A stretch of 64,000 nt of DNA from an uncultured delta proteobacterium (GTDB lineage: Bacteria > Desulfobacterota > Desulfarculia > JACQYL01 > CAWGVV01). How positions within the stretch are numbered: position 1 is the first letter of the stretch; each line of letters opens with the position of its first letter. A program made the position numbers and the translations under genes. The notes under the pieces were generated by a model, which saw only the letters and a list, made by a program, of their open reading frames with translations, was not told the origin of the DNA and made no database searches. Below are positions 19,446 to 28,610 of the stretch, one piece after another. The stretch lies in the NCBI GenBank assembly GCA_963826125.1, contig CAWGVV010000002.1, positions 873,964 to 937,963 of the forward strand, given 5' to 3'.

Positions 19446-20525
19446 TTACTCCGCCTGGAACGCCTCCTGTCCTCCGGACTGGAGTTGGGCCTCCAGTCGC
19501 CTGCCCACCACCATGCCCTTGAGGATAATATATGCGCCGAGGATCAGGGCGAAGGCCATCAGGCCGAAACTCACCTTGTTCAGGATATTCGCCGTCCCCT
19601 CGCCCAGGGTGAAGAACTGGAGCTTGCTCAGGTACACGGGGATGGCGATGCCTCTGCTCACGGCCACGATGAGCATGATGGTGGCCATGACGAATTTGAT
19701 GACGTAACCCTTCACGTAGGTGGTGCCGATGGCTCCGAGCTGTACGCCGAAGAGGGAGCCGGCCAGAATGATCAGGGTGAGCCGGATGTCCACCATTCCG
19801 TACCAGGCCCAGATGAGCGTGCCGCCCATGCCCATGACGAAGGCGACGACCAGTTCGCTGGCCGAGGCCATGAGGCTGGAAAGTCCGAGGAGATAGATCA
19901 TGCCGGGCACGCCGATGAAGCCGCCCACGGCGATGGTGGCCGCCAGCATGCCGGTAGCCAGTCCCAGGGGAATGGTGAACCACAGGGAGATGCGGATGCC
20001 GCTGCGCTTGAAGGTGATCATGGGCCACAGTTCGATCGATTGCAGCCACTTGGCCAGCTTGGTGACCTTCTCCTCACCGCCCGACTTCTTCAGGTTCAAG
20101 GCGTCCCGGAGAATGAAGTAGCCCACGATGCTCAACACGGCCACGAAGGCGAGGCTGACGTACAGGTTGGACCCCGCCTGTCCCCATTTCTGCAAGATCC
20201 AGCGCTGAAACTGAATCCCGATCTGCACGCCGATTTCCGCCGAAGCACCGATGATGACACCGAGCTTGATATCAACTTGTCCGTAGCGGAACCGCTTGAT
20301 GGCTCCCACCAGGGCCTTGGGGAACTTGTGGCACATGTTGCTGGCCACGGCCACCGTGCCGGGGACACCGAGGCTCATCATACCGGGGGTGAGCACGAAT
20401 GCGCCGCCCGACCCGATGAAACCGCTCACCAAACCACCGACAAAGCCCACGAAAAGAAGGAAGATAAAATTCGCCGCGTTGAGATCGATGAAGCGTACGG
20501 CTTCCGTAATCGCGCTATGATCCAT
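19446..20525 (-). CDS. TauE/SafE (TSUP) family sulfite/anion exporter-type permease
   Basis: 359-aa polytopic membrane protein with the duplicated TSUP glycine-rich helices (GGLVSGFIGSGGAFVLTPGMM … IAVGGFIGVPGMIYLLG). Confidence 0.8.
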   Translation of the reverse strand: MDHSAITEAVRFIDLNAANFIFLLFVGFVGGLVSGFIGSGGAFVLTPGMMSLGVPGTVAVASNMCHKFPKALVGAIKRFRYGQVDIKLGVIIGASAEIGVQIGIQFQRWILQKWGQAGSNLYVSLAFVAVLSIVGYFILRDALNLKKSGGEEKVTKLAKWLQSIELWPMITFKRSGIRISLWFTIPLGLATGMLAATIAVGGFIGVPGMIYLLGLSSLMASASELVVAFVMGMGGTLIWAWYGMVDIRLTLIILAGSLFGVQLGAIGTTYVKGYVIKFVMATIMLIVAVSRGIAIPVYLSKLQFFTLGEGTANILNKVSFGLMAFALILGAYIILKGMVVGRRLEAQLQSGGQEAFQAE

Positions 20526-20636
20526 TTTGTACTGCTCCTTTCTCCATTACGGCCCTCTTCACCTACCGAAGAGGGCGGGACATACGATTGAAACGTTGAA
20601 AGTCGTATGGATGATGCAAACCGTCGGTTTCGCCTG

Positions 20637-21086
20637 TTACGCCCTGAGGGTCGGACGGGGGCGAACTCTCTTTTTCTCGACCCTTTTTTCGGCCTGAACC
20701 GGTTTCTCCGCCGTTTTCGTCGCGCTATGGGAAGCTTCTATGCCCAGAGCGGTCCACACGTTGCTGGCGAACGAACCGTGAACGTAGGAAAAGAGAAACA
20801 CGGTCAGCACGGGCAGGACCGCGTAGAATCCTCCCTTGGTGAAATAGCTCATTATGGGCTGAGTGAAACTGAACACCGCCAGGTAGAGGCTGACGGAAAC
20901 GACTCCGAAAACAACCGCTCTCTGCGCGGCTTTTTTCCTCTTTTTGCTCGCCACGGAAGTCGTCGTTCTATCGTTCTTGTTCATCCGATTCTCCGTTCCC
21001 CGCATAATTTCCTCCGCCATTGTAAATTCGCCGCTTTCGGCAAACGCTACCGCCGCTCCCATTGCTTCAAGCTTTTCTCGTAACAT
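20637..21086 (-). CDS. small two-TM membrane protein, unknown function; shares an N-terminal ~28-aa module with the gene upstream
   Basis: MLREKLEAMGAAVAFAESGEFTMAEEIMRG module then Lys-rich linker and two hydrophobic helices. Confidence 0.5.
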   Translation of the reverse strand: MLREKLEAMGAAVAFAESGEFTMAEEIMRGTENRMNKNDRTTTSVASKKRKKAAQRAVVFGVVSVSLYLAVFSFTQPIMSYFTKGGFYAVLPVLTVFLFSYVHGSFASNVWTALGIEASHSATKTAEKPVQAEKRVEKKRVRPRPTLRA

Positions 21087-21110
21087 TGGAAGTCCTCCTC
21101 CCTGTTAATC

Positions 21111-21617
21111 TCATTGCTCAGCCTCGATGAAGAACACCGGTAGGCTGAGATCGATACCCCATTGTTGGTTGCTGTTTTTTTGCACCAGAACGAATTCGAT
21201 TCCCTTCACCAGATGCACCAGTTTCACGACAAGCGACTGGACGGACGTCCTGCATTCGATAAACGCACCGCCGATTTCCAGTTGCGAAAACCGTTTTTTC
21301 GTCTCGCGCGTAAAAGAAGCGTCTTCCTTTCCACGAGACAGGATCCGCTTCATTCCGGTTCTCTTCTTTCCCGCTTCTTCGGATTCCCGCTGGGGATGGA
21401 GAACGAACACCACGTCGTACGTGAGCCTCTTCGACAAATTCGCGACGTATTGGTACACGGAATCGTTCAGTGACGTGCCGTTGGTGAGAAAGAGGAACTT
21501 TCGGTTTTTGCTCTTCGAGAGTTGACGGACTTCCTTCATGATCGATTCGGCCACGTCCCATTGGCCCGCTTCGGCGAATGCGGCGGCGGCGGCGATGTCT
21601 TCGAGATATTTTTTCAT
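21111..21617 (-). CDS. hypothetical protein with the N-terminal module MKKYLEDIAAAAAFAEAGQWDVAESIMKE
   Basis: ATG at 21617 has an AGGGAGGAGG RBS 8 nt upstream and a sigma-54-like promoter just beyond; the longer track ORF start lacks these. Confidence 0.5.
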   Translation of the reverse strand: MKKYLEDIAAAAAFAEAGQWDVAESIMKEVRQLSKSKNRKFLFLTNGTSLNDSVYQYVANLSKRLTYDVVFVLHPQRESEEAGKKRTGMKRILSRGKEDASFTRETKKRFSQLEIGGAFIECRTSVQSLVVKLVHLVKGIEFVLVQKNSNQQWGIDLSLPVFFIEAEQ

Positions 21618-21649
21618 CGTGCAGTCCTCCTCCCTTGGTTGTTCTAATA

Positions 21650-21664
21650 TCAATTTGCGTGCCA
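21650..21664 (-). promoter_or_regulatory. sigma-54-like promoter (TGGCACG-caaa-TTGAt on the minus strand) ~35 nt upstream of the 21617 start
   Basis: -24 element is consensus; -12 element is TTGA rather than TTGC, so moderate. Confidence 0.45.
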
Positions 21665-21953
21665 CGGGCTATTTCGTTGTTAAGCTATTGAAAATAATAT
21701 TATATTTTCTCTACTCATGCCGATTCGCCATTGCCGGCTGTTGCATTTTTCAACACCGGCCGTGCCGTGGCGGGCGGGGAAAAGGAAGAAAAGCCCCATT
21801 CCTCCCGACAAAATGGTCGTTGCAGATGGCAACAGAGGCCATGTTGCAAAAAGCAACGCATTGACAGAAGGAGAAAAGACGTGGAAAATTCAAATGCTTC
21901 GCGGTCCGGACAAGAAAAAGGAAAACGCCGCGGGCGGAGAGGGGGACAGGCGC

Positions 21954-23963
21954 ATGTTCTTCAAGAAAACGTCCGAGACCGGCACCGAGAAGGAAGAGGA
22001 GAGCCAGGAAATACAGGACCTCCGTAAGTCGGTGGAACAGGCGCGCATGCCCGACCGGGTGAAGACGATCGCCGGGAAGGAACTGGAGCGGTTGGCCAAG
22101 ACCGACCCCTCCCTGGCCGAGTACGGCATAGGACTGAACTACCTGGAATTCATCCTCTCCCTGCCCTGGGAGAAGTCGTCCAAGGACAACCTGGACTTGT
22201 CCCGCGCCGAACGGATCCTCGACGAGGAACACTACGCGCTGGCTCCGGTCAAGGAGCGGGTGCTCGAATACCTGGCGTCCAACATAAAGATCGGGTTGAA
22301 ACCCACCCGCATGATGGTGGTCGACGACGAAAAGATCGCCCTGGAGAACGTGGCCTACGCCCTACGCAAGGAAGGCCATGAGGTGCATACGGCGGAAAAC
22401 GGCCAGGAGGCACTGGACATTCTCCGGCAGTTCGATTTCGACCTGGTGGTGACCGACCTCAAAATGCGGAACGTGGACGGTATGCAGCTGCTGGAGCGGG
22501 TCAAGGCGGAATCGCCCGAGACGGAACTCATTCTGGTCACCGGGTACGCCACCGTGGACACCGCCGTCGACGCTCTAAAGAAAGGCGCGGCCCAGTATCT
22601 GCCCAAACCGTTGAACCTGGATACCCTGCGGCAGTCGGTGAACGAGATCCTCGAACAGCGGCGGAAGGTTCACGTATCCCAGGGGCCAGTGCTCTGCTTT
22701 GCCGGACCTCCGGGCACGGGCAAAACGTCCATCGGCCGATCCATCGCCAAGGCCCTGGAACGGAGTTTCATCCGCGTGTCGGTGGCGGGACTCCGGGACG
22801 AAGCGGAAATGCGGGGACACCGCCGCACCTACGTGGGGGCCATGCCGGGAAGGATTCTTTCCGAAGTCCGGCGCATAGGGGTAAACAATCCGGTGTTCAT
22901 GCTGGACGAACTGGACAAAATCGGTCAGGACTTCCGGGGAGACCCCGCGTCGGTCCTACTCGAGGTGCTGGACCCCGAACAGAACAAACGCTTCCTGGAC
23001 CATTACGTGGACATTCCCTTCGATCTGTCCCGCGTGATGTTCATCACCACGGCCAATGCCATCGAACGGCTGTCCCGACCTCTTCTGGACCGGATGGAGG
23101 TCATCCACTTTTCCAGCTACACCTTGCGGGAAAAGTCGTCCATCGCTTCGCATTATCTGGTTCCGCGCCAGCTCAAGGCCAACGGGTTGTCTCCCCGTGA
23201 GGTGGAGTTTTCAAGGGAGGCGCTGGACAAGATCATCGGCGACTACACGGACGAAGCGGGCCTCCGGAACCTGGAGCGGGAAGTGGGGAGTGTCTGCCGC
23301 AAGGTGAACCGCCTCCTGTTGCAGGACCGCCTCAGCCTTCCGAAAAAGGTGGAAGCGGCCGACGTGGAAGCGCTCCTGGGACCGCCGCGGTTTTCCCGGC
23401 TGTCCGCTTCCGATGCACGCGTTGCGGGCGTCACCACGGGGCTGGTATGGACGGAACACGGCGGCCACGTCATTTATGTTGAAACGGCCCGGATGAAGGG
23501 CCAGGGAAAGCTCATCATGACCGGTTCCCTGGGGGAGGTGTTGAAAGAGTCCGCCCAGACCGCCCTCAGCCACATTCGCAGCAACGCAGCCGAATTCGGC
23601 ATCGATCCCGAATTTTTCGAAACGAGCGACGTCCACGTCCACATTCCGGCCGGCTCGATCCCCAAGGACGGTCCCTCCGCGGGGGTCACCATCGCCATGG
23701 CCCTGGTTTCGTTGCTCACCGGCAAGCCGGTGCGCAAGGGGGTCGCCATGTCCGGGGAGCTCACCCTGAGCGGCCGGGTGCTGCCCGTGAGCGGCTTGAG
23801 GGAAAAACTGCTGGCGGCGCAGCGTGCGGGTATCTCCACGGTGATCCTGCCCGCGGCCAACGCCACGGAGATCGCCGCTTTGGAACCCGACGTGCGTACC
23901 GCAACGAACATTGTCCAGGTGGAAAACTTCCGGGGAGCGGTACAAAACGCTTTGTCGGAATAG
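21954..23963 (+). CDS. lon: ATP-dependent Lon protease lacking the Lon N-domain, with a response-regulator receiver (REC) domain inserted between the conserved pre-AAA helix and the Walker A motif
   Basis: …PVKERVLEYLA | REC (MMVVDDEKIA … DLVVTDLKMRNVDG … LVTGYAT … KKGAAQYLPKP) | GPVLCFAGPPGTGKTS … MLDELDK … Lon_C with KDGPSAG Ser and downstream Lys; start at ATG MFFKK (GGGGGA RBS), alternative ATG at 21894. Confidence 0.8.
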   Translation: MFFKKTSETGTEKEEESQEIQDLRKSVEQARMPDRVKTIAGKELERLAKTDPSLAEYGIGLNYLEFILSLPWEKSSKDNLDLSRAERILDEEHYALAPVKERVLEYLASNIKIGLKPTRMMVVDDEKIALENVAYALRKEGHEVHTAENGQEALDILRQFDFDLVVTDLKMRNVDGMQLLERVKAESPETELILVTGYATVDTAVDALKKGAAQYLPKPLNLDTLRQSVNEILEQRRKVHVSQGPVLCFAGPPGTGKTSIGRSIAKALERSFIRVSVAGLRDEAEMRGHRRTYVGAMPGRILSEVRRIGVNNPVFMLDELDKIGQDFRGDPASVLLEVLDPEQNKRFLDHYVDIPFDLSRVMFITTANAIERLSRPLLDRMEVIHFSSYTLREKSSIASHYLVPRQLKANGLSPREVEFSREALDKIIGDYTDEAGLRNLEREVGSVCRKVNRLLLQDRLSLPKKVEAADVEALLGPPRFSRLSASDARVAGVTTGLVWTEHGGHVIYVETARMKGQGKLIMTGSLGEVLKESAQTALSHIRSNAAEFGIDPEFFETSDVHVHIPAGSIPKDGPSAGVTIAMALVSLLTGKPVRKGVAMSGELTLSGRVLPVSGLREKLLAAQRAGISTVILPAANATEIAALEPDVRTATNIVQVENFRGAVQNALSE

Positions 23964-24018
23964 GGGGTTCCTATCCCCAATAATTCATGAGAGGGTCTTG
24001 AAAAAGGAAGCGTTACGA

Positions 24019-24235
24019 GTGACGGATGCCATGGCGGCCGTCCTTCACGATCCGCGCGATCCGGAAAGAACGGTCCATGCTCTTTCCACTCCGGTGATGC
24101 AGCGTATCTTTTCCATCGCGTTGGGGCACGAGGAGACCAACGACGCCGATACGCCGAAGGGCGACCCTGCGTTCAAGATCATGTCGGGGAGGCCCGCTAA
24201 ACCAGCAATACAGGCTTGCCGCTTCCGGAGGTTTT
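24019..24235 (+). pseudogene. relic of an IS1380-family (IS4-superfamily) transposase N-terminal region, truncated at both ends
   Basis: …LHDPRDPERTVHALSTPVMQRIFSIALGHEETNDADTPKGDPAFKIMSGRPA… matches the conserved DPRDP…IALGYEDxNDAD…LRxDPxFK block of IS1380-type transposases; overlaps the 3' end of the convergent carboxyltransferase gene, so not an intact gene. Confidence 0.55.
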
Positions 24236-25588
24236 TTCAGAGACGTTATTTAGAAAAGCGTCGATTGTTGACCGTAAGGCGCCAACTTCAACCACCTCGT
24301 CGAGCAGTCCCATCTCCAGCAATTTGTGTGGATCTTCAGCACCGCTCATCATTTCATGCATCGAATCGTTTTCCTTGTCATCAAAGCCGCGTGCGGCAAG
24401 TTTTTCAGCGACCCCTTTGCCGTAGATGGATATGACGGCTCCGGGCAGCGCAATGAAACCTTCCGGATCGAAGCCGGGGCCGGCCATGGCGTAAACACCG
24501 GCGGTATAGTTGCGGCGCATCACGACCGAGAGTCTGGGGACTGCTGCGTTGGCAATGGTTGAAAAAAGAAGGGATGCTTCCCTGATTACACCGGCCTGCT
24601 CAACCTGCGGCCCCACCATGAAACCTGCGTTATCGGCAAGGAAAACCATGGGGATTCCGAAAGCATCGCAGATGGATACAAAACGGGCCGATTTTCTACA
24701 GGATTCCGGAAAGAAAAGGCCACCGCGCACGGCCGAATTATTGGCGACAATACCGGTTACCCGCCCTTCTACTCTAATGAAACCGGTAATGAGCTCACGG
24801 GCAATCCCGGCTCTCGTTTCGATCAATGATCCGGCGTCTGCTATGCCCCGGATAACCGTATGAGCATCAAAAGCTTTATAAGGGGTTGCCGGAATGACCC
24901 TTTCGAGCGCTGCATTATCAAGCGCGGGCGGCACGGTTCCCGATTTCTTGTCCTGTGTCATGCAACCCAGATAATCTTTGACCCACGCAAAAGCCCCCTC
25001 CTCGTCCGATGCAACATGGTCGATTGAACCGGCTATGGAATAATGCATCCCAGAGCCGCCGAGTTCGGCGTAATTAACCGCTTTATCACAAATCTTTTCA
25101 ACTACATCCGGTCTCCCGATACTCATTCCGGCCGACTCGACCATGACTGCCGCATCGCATAACGTTACCGGAAAGGTCAGCGTTGCACCGAGCCTGTTCA
25201 GGACCACGACAACCTGGGGAACTTTACCGGAAAGCCTGGCGTGGGTGGAATACATCCGGCCAACACCGTTCTTTCCAGCCAGAAGCCGTATCGGGTCTTT
25301 GGGAAAAGGGGTCTTGCCCGGCGTTTTATGCATGGCGGGAATATCCATGACAAAGACCACCGGAAATTTTTTCTCCAACGCTTTTTCAAGCAGCGCCAGA
25401 TGGTCCTGAAGCACTTTGCAAGAGCTTTCGGGCGCTTCATCGGGCTCAATGAAAGAGGCCATGACATCGCAGCCATCCACTTTTCCGCACCCGGTGACGA
25501 AACCGTTGTTTTGGCCCGGATTGAATGGAATGAACGTATTTTTATCAAAACATTTTTCTATTCGTGCAGCTACAGTTCGGCCGATCAT
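24197..25588 (-). CDS. acyl-CoA carboxylase carboxyltransferase subunit (propionyl-CoA carboxylase beta / methylmalonyl-CoA carboxyltransferase family)
   Basis: two carboxyltransferase half-domains; C-terminal half GRVTGIVANN…ARFVSICDAFGIPMVFLADNAGFMVGP…AVPRLSVVMRRNYTAGVYAM; lower GC than flanks; no biotin carboxylase/BCCP partner in the window. Confidence 0.8.
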   Translation of the reverse strand: MIGRTVAARIEKCFDKNTFIPFNPGQNNGFVTGCGKVDGCDVMASFIEPDEAPESSCKVLQDHLALLEKALEKKFPVVFVMDIPAMHKTPGKTPFPKDPIRLLAGKNGVGRMYSTHARLSGKVPQVVVVLNRLGATLTFPVTLCDAAVMVESAGMSIGRPDVVEKICDKAVNYAELGGSGMHYSIAGSIDHVASDEEGAFAWVKDYLGCMTQDKKSGTVPPALDNAALERVIPATPYKAFDAHTVIRGIADAGSLIETRAGIARELITGFIRVEGRVTGIVANNSAVRGGLFFPESCRKSARFVSICDAFGIPMVFLADNAGFMVGPQVEQAGVIREASLLFSTIANAAVPRLSVVMRRNYTAGVYAMAGPGFDPEGFIALPGAVISIYGKGVAEKLAARGFDDKENDSMHEMMSGAEDPHKLLEMGLLDEVVEVGALRSTIDAFLNNVSEKTSGSGKPVLLV

Positions 25589-25794
25589 TGATATTCACCT
25601 CTCTTGCGCTCGGTGGTTATAGGTCGAGTAACTGCGGTCGAAAATATCCACATAGCTGGTTTCAGGAACAACGACAAGATCGGCTTATTTTTCTTTTCCC
25701 GGTTAGCATAAATGCCGCTTCGAGACCTGCAAGGGCACCGGAAAATTGCGCGGAAGCATCGTTGATGCCTCCTTTCATTATTTCCGGGTTTATC

Positions 25795-27291
25795 TCAACG
25801 CGCTCCGTTAGGGTCGCACGATCTTACATACCGCAAAATATCCTTCGCCCTCTCGGAGTACGGATTGATAACATCATAGTTTATTTCAAGATTATTCATG
25901 TATTGCAGAATAAATTCATGCCTGTTGTTGAGACCGAACGGAAGCACGCCGGAAAAGAAAAACCCCACCTTTTCGCACTGCTGTACGACAAACGGGGTGT
26001 GGGAGTCCTCCATGTCAAGGTGGAGAAAGATAGCGTCCACGCGTCGCAGGCAGAGAGCATGAACGACCGATTCCAGTTCATGCCCGATATCCTTTCCGAT
26101 GACGGCAACCTCCACATCGGCAACATTAAGAACAGGGACTATCGCCGTATGAATCCGGCTTTGCCCGTCAATAGGCGAGGCGATCTTCTCATCGCAGTGC
26201 ACGGATATTTTAAATGACCCGAACAAATCCAGTATGGTGTTCTTATGCCTCGAGGATGGATAGATAATACGTTCGGTTTCATCCGAAAGAGGCCGGTATA
26301 ACAAAAGCCCGGTTTCCTTCTGCCCGACTTTCCCGGTGAGTGCTTTAAAATCAACATCATCGGGGAAAAGTCCGAGAAACAGACCGCATGCCACATACCC
26401 CATTGCATCCGACACCTTCTGCGAGCCGATGTGGCTTGTCACGGCCCTGCCCATGATACCATTCAGATTAAATTCCACTGCTTTCTGATAACAAAACTGC
26501 GTCAAAGCATTAAAAACACCTGACCTTCGATACTCCGGTTTCACAAAGGCGACGCCAATTTCGGCGATACGGTCCGTGCTGTTTTTGTATTTCAACGCTA
26601 TGTGACCCAGGATTTCGCCCGAATCCTTACCGGTAGCGACAAAAGAGCGCAAGGTGCCGGCGTCGTTCAGTTCAATGATCTGTTCGGGATAATAAATATA
26701 CGGCTCATAGGTGTAGCCGTAAGCCTTATAGGCGCACTTTGAGATTTCCAGCGCATCTTCGGACTTGAAAGCCCGAATCTCATATGCACTATTTCCCGTG
26801 GCGATAGCCCGGCCGCTTTTGATCAGCAGATCGTTCCCACTGCCTTCCAGGACGGCTTTTGTCCGGCTATCCTCGATCTGTTTGACCAGTGTGAGGGATT
26901 TACCCTCGCGGCCCAGGTTTTCAAACACAACATCGTCCATCATCTTTTTCATCAGAAAGACGCCCAGGCCATCAGCCGCCAGTTTTTCTTCAAGCTTCCC
27001 GGGATCATAGCCCTTAACTCTGTCCGGGCTGAAGGGCATCCCCTTTTCATGGATGGTGATAAAAAACTCCGTCTCGGTGAAATGGACCGACAGCTTGAAC
27101 GTTGCATCAGCATCGCCTTCAAAGGCATGCTTGATCACATTCGTCAGCGCCTCTTCAGTCGCGACCTCAATGTCGTTGAGCGCCGGATCGGAAAATCCGC
27201 AGGAGGCTGCTATGGCGCGTATGAATGCAAGCGCAGGGCCCACAAACCGAACTTGGGAGGGAAGGGTAATAATGGATTCAACGGGTTTCAT
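25795..27291 (-). CDS. fusion protein: RsbW/SpoIIAB-like anti-sigma-factor-type HATPase domain + GNAT acetyltransferase domain + ~170-aa uncharacterised C-terminal domain
   Basis: N-box EALTNVIKHAF and G-box DGLGVFLM in first 130 aa; GNAT core ILGHIALKY…IAEIGVAFVKPEYRRSGVFNALTQFCYQKAV; low GC. Confidence 0.7.
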   Translation of the reverse strand: MKPVESIITLPSQVRFVGPALAFIRAIAASCGFSDPALNDIEVATEEALTNVIKHAFEGDADATFKLSVHFTETEFFITIHEKGMPFSPDRVKGYDPGKLEEKLAADGLGVFLMKKMMDDVVFENLGREGKSLTLVKQIEDSRTKAVLEGSGNDLLIKSGRAIATGNSAYEIRAFKSEDALEISKCAYKAYGYTYEPYIYYPEQIIELNDAGTLRSFVATGKDSGEILGHIALKYKNSTDRIAEIGVAFVKPEYRRSGVFNALTQFCYQKAVEFNLNGIMGRAVTSHIGSQKVSDAMGYVACGLFLGLFPDDVDFKALTGKVGQKETGLLLYRPLSDETERIIYPSSRHKNTILDLFGSFKISVHCDEKIASPIDGQSRIHTAIVPVLNVADVEVAVIGKDIGHELESVVHALCLRRVDAIFLHLDMEDSHTPFVVQQCEKVGFFFSGVLPFGLNNRHEFILQYMNNLEINYDVINPYSERAKDILRYVRSCDPNGAR

Positions 27292-27590
27292 TATCTGTCC
27301 CCGAACACCGATGCCTTTTCCGGTGTTCCGTCATGCCGATATTACGCTCATATGAGGCCTGAGTGATAATTTTATGTCATTTCATCGGCGATAATGAAAA
27401 TACCTTGAGGGAATTAAAGGCGTGCGGATGGAGGGTGCAATTTTTTACGAACCCGCAAGACTGGTGCCGGCGTGAGCTGTCTGTATCCGACTAATCTCCT
27501 TGTCTTTCCCCTCTTGCCGGATCCTGCGTGCCCTAAAAGCGGCAAAGCTGTCGGCGCCCCGCGGGCGGAACGGTTGGCCAGCCTTGCGGA

Positions 27591-28505
27591 TCACTTGTCT
27601 CGGGGAACCACCGCTACGATCGCCGGCAGTTTGATGCGGATTCCCGGCACGGAAATACCTGCCATGGAATTCTGGGGGACCCATTTGCCATAGGCCAGAT
27701 AGGAGAGCGAAGGGAACCGGACGGCGATCTGGGACTGATAGCCTCCATCGAGTACAATGGCTTGTTCGACGCCCAAATCGAGGTCCCGGATGAACAAAGC
27801 GTATTCCCACAGCGTATACCCGCCTTCGGAATAGAACACGAAGACGGAACCGTCCTTCCCGGTGGCCAGAATGGTCCTGTTCGCCACCAGATCGCTCCTG
27901 CGTACGCGCAGGTCACCTTTCCGGTCGAACAGCATCAGGGACTGCAGGGCGAACCGATAGCTCTGGCCGGTGAGGTCGGCGGTATCGTACTTCAGGTCGA
28001 GCAGCGCCACGCAAGGCGAGCCGTCGGGAGACTCCTTTTCCACGAACAGCCCCTTCCAGTTGGGAATGAAGGGTGTGCCCAGGTTGAGGCCGTCTTTTAT
28101 CAGCAACCCCATGGGGTTGAGGCTTTCGTAGTATTGCCCCGCGTTGAACACCACCGGGGCCCCGGTTTTCCCGCTCCATTCCTCCACCGTCAGCGGATCG
28201 GAAGTATCCCCCTCGCCGAAACGAAACGCCTCGAACCGGTATTTTGTCGAGTCGATCTTGAGCACCACGCTGGTCTTGCTTCCGTTGCGGACGTAGGTGG
28301 TGTCCTCAATTCGTCCGAACCGGACACCGTCGGCCGCTTCACTCCAGGCAATGGAAGGGGCCGCGGACGAAACCGGTGCGATGAGCAGGGGGATCAGCAC
28401 GGAGCAGAGGCCAATCACCGCCGTCGGCAAGGAACGGCGAATGCGGAGGAGAAATGTTCGCCGGTCGATCAGGGAATTGGGAATGCGGGATGATGATGAC
28501 ATCAT
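27591..28505 (-). CDS. secreted phosphodiester glycosidase family protein (NAGPA/DUF2233-like)
   Basis: signal peptide then PF09992-like core as recalled; start at MMSSSS. Confidence 0.65.
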   Translation of the reverse strand: MMSSSSRIPNSLIDRRTFLLRIRRSLPTAVIGLCSVLIPLLIAPVSSAAPSIAWSEAADGVRFGRIEDTTYVRNGSKTSVVLKIDSTKYRFEAFRFGEGDTSDPLTVEEWSGKTGAPVVFNAGQYYESLNPMGLLIKDGLNLGTPFIPNWKGLFVEKESPDGSPCVALLDLKYDTADLTGQSYRFALQSLMLFDRKGDLRVRRSDLVANRTILATGKDGSVFVFYSEGGYTLWEYALFIRDLDLGVEQAIVLDGGYQSQIAVRFPSLSYLAYGKWVPQNSMAGISVPGIRIKLPAIVAVVPRDK

Positions 28506-28610
28506 GGTATTCGAGCGAATCCGGAGATCGTCACCCCAAGTCAAGGCAGTGTACCCGGGGCGGGTTTCCTCCGTGTCGGCGCTGGGGGAGAATTGTGCGG
28601 AGCGTAAGCG

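Noticed and set aside
23911-24435. 174-aa plus-strand ORF as an intact gene
   Set aside because: Only the middle ~70 codons resemble anything (IS1380 transposase N-terminal block). The 3' part overlaps the convergent carboxyltransferase gene, so it is treated as a relic, not a CDS.
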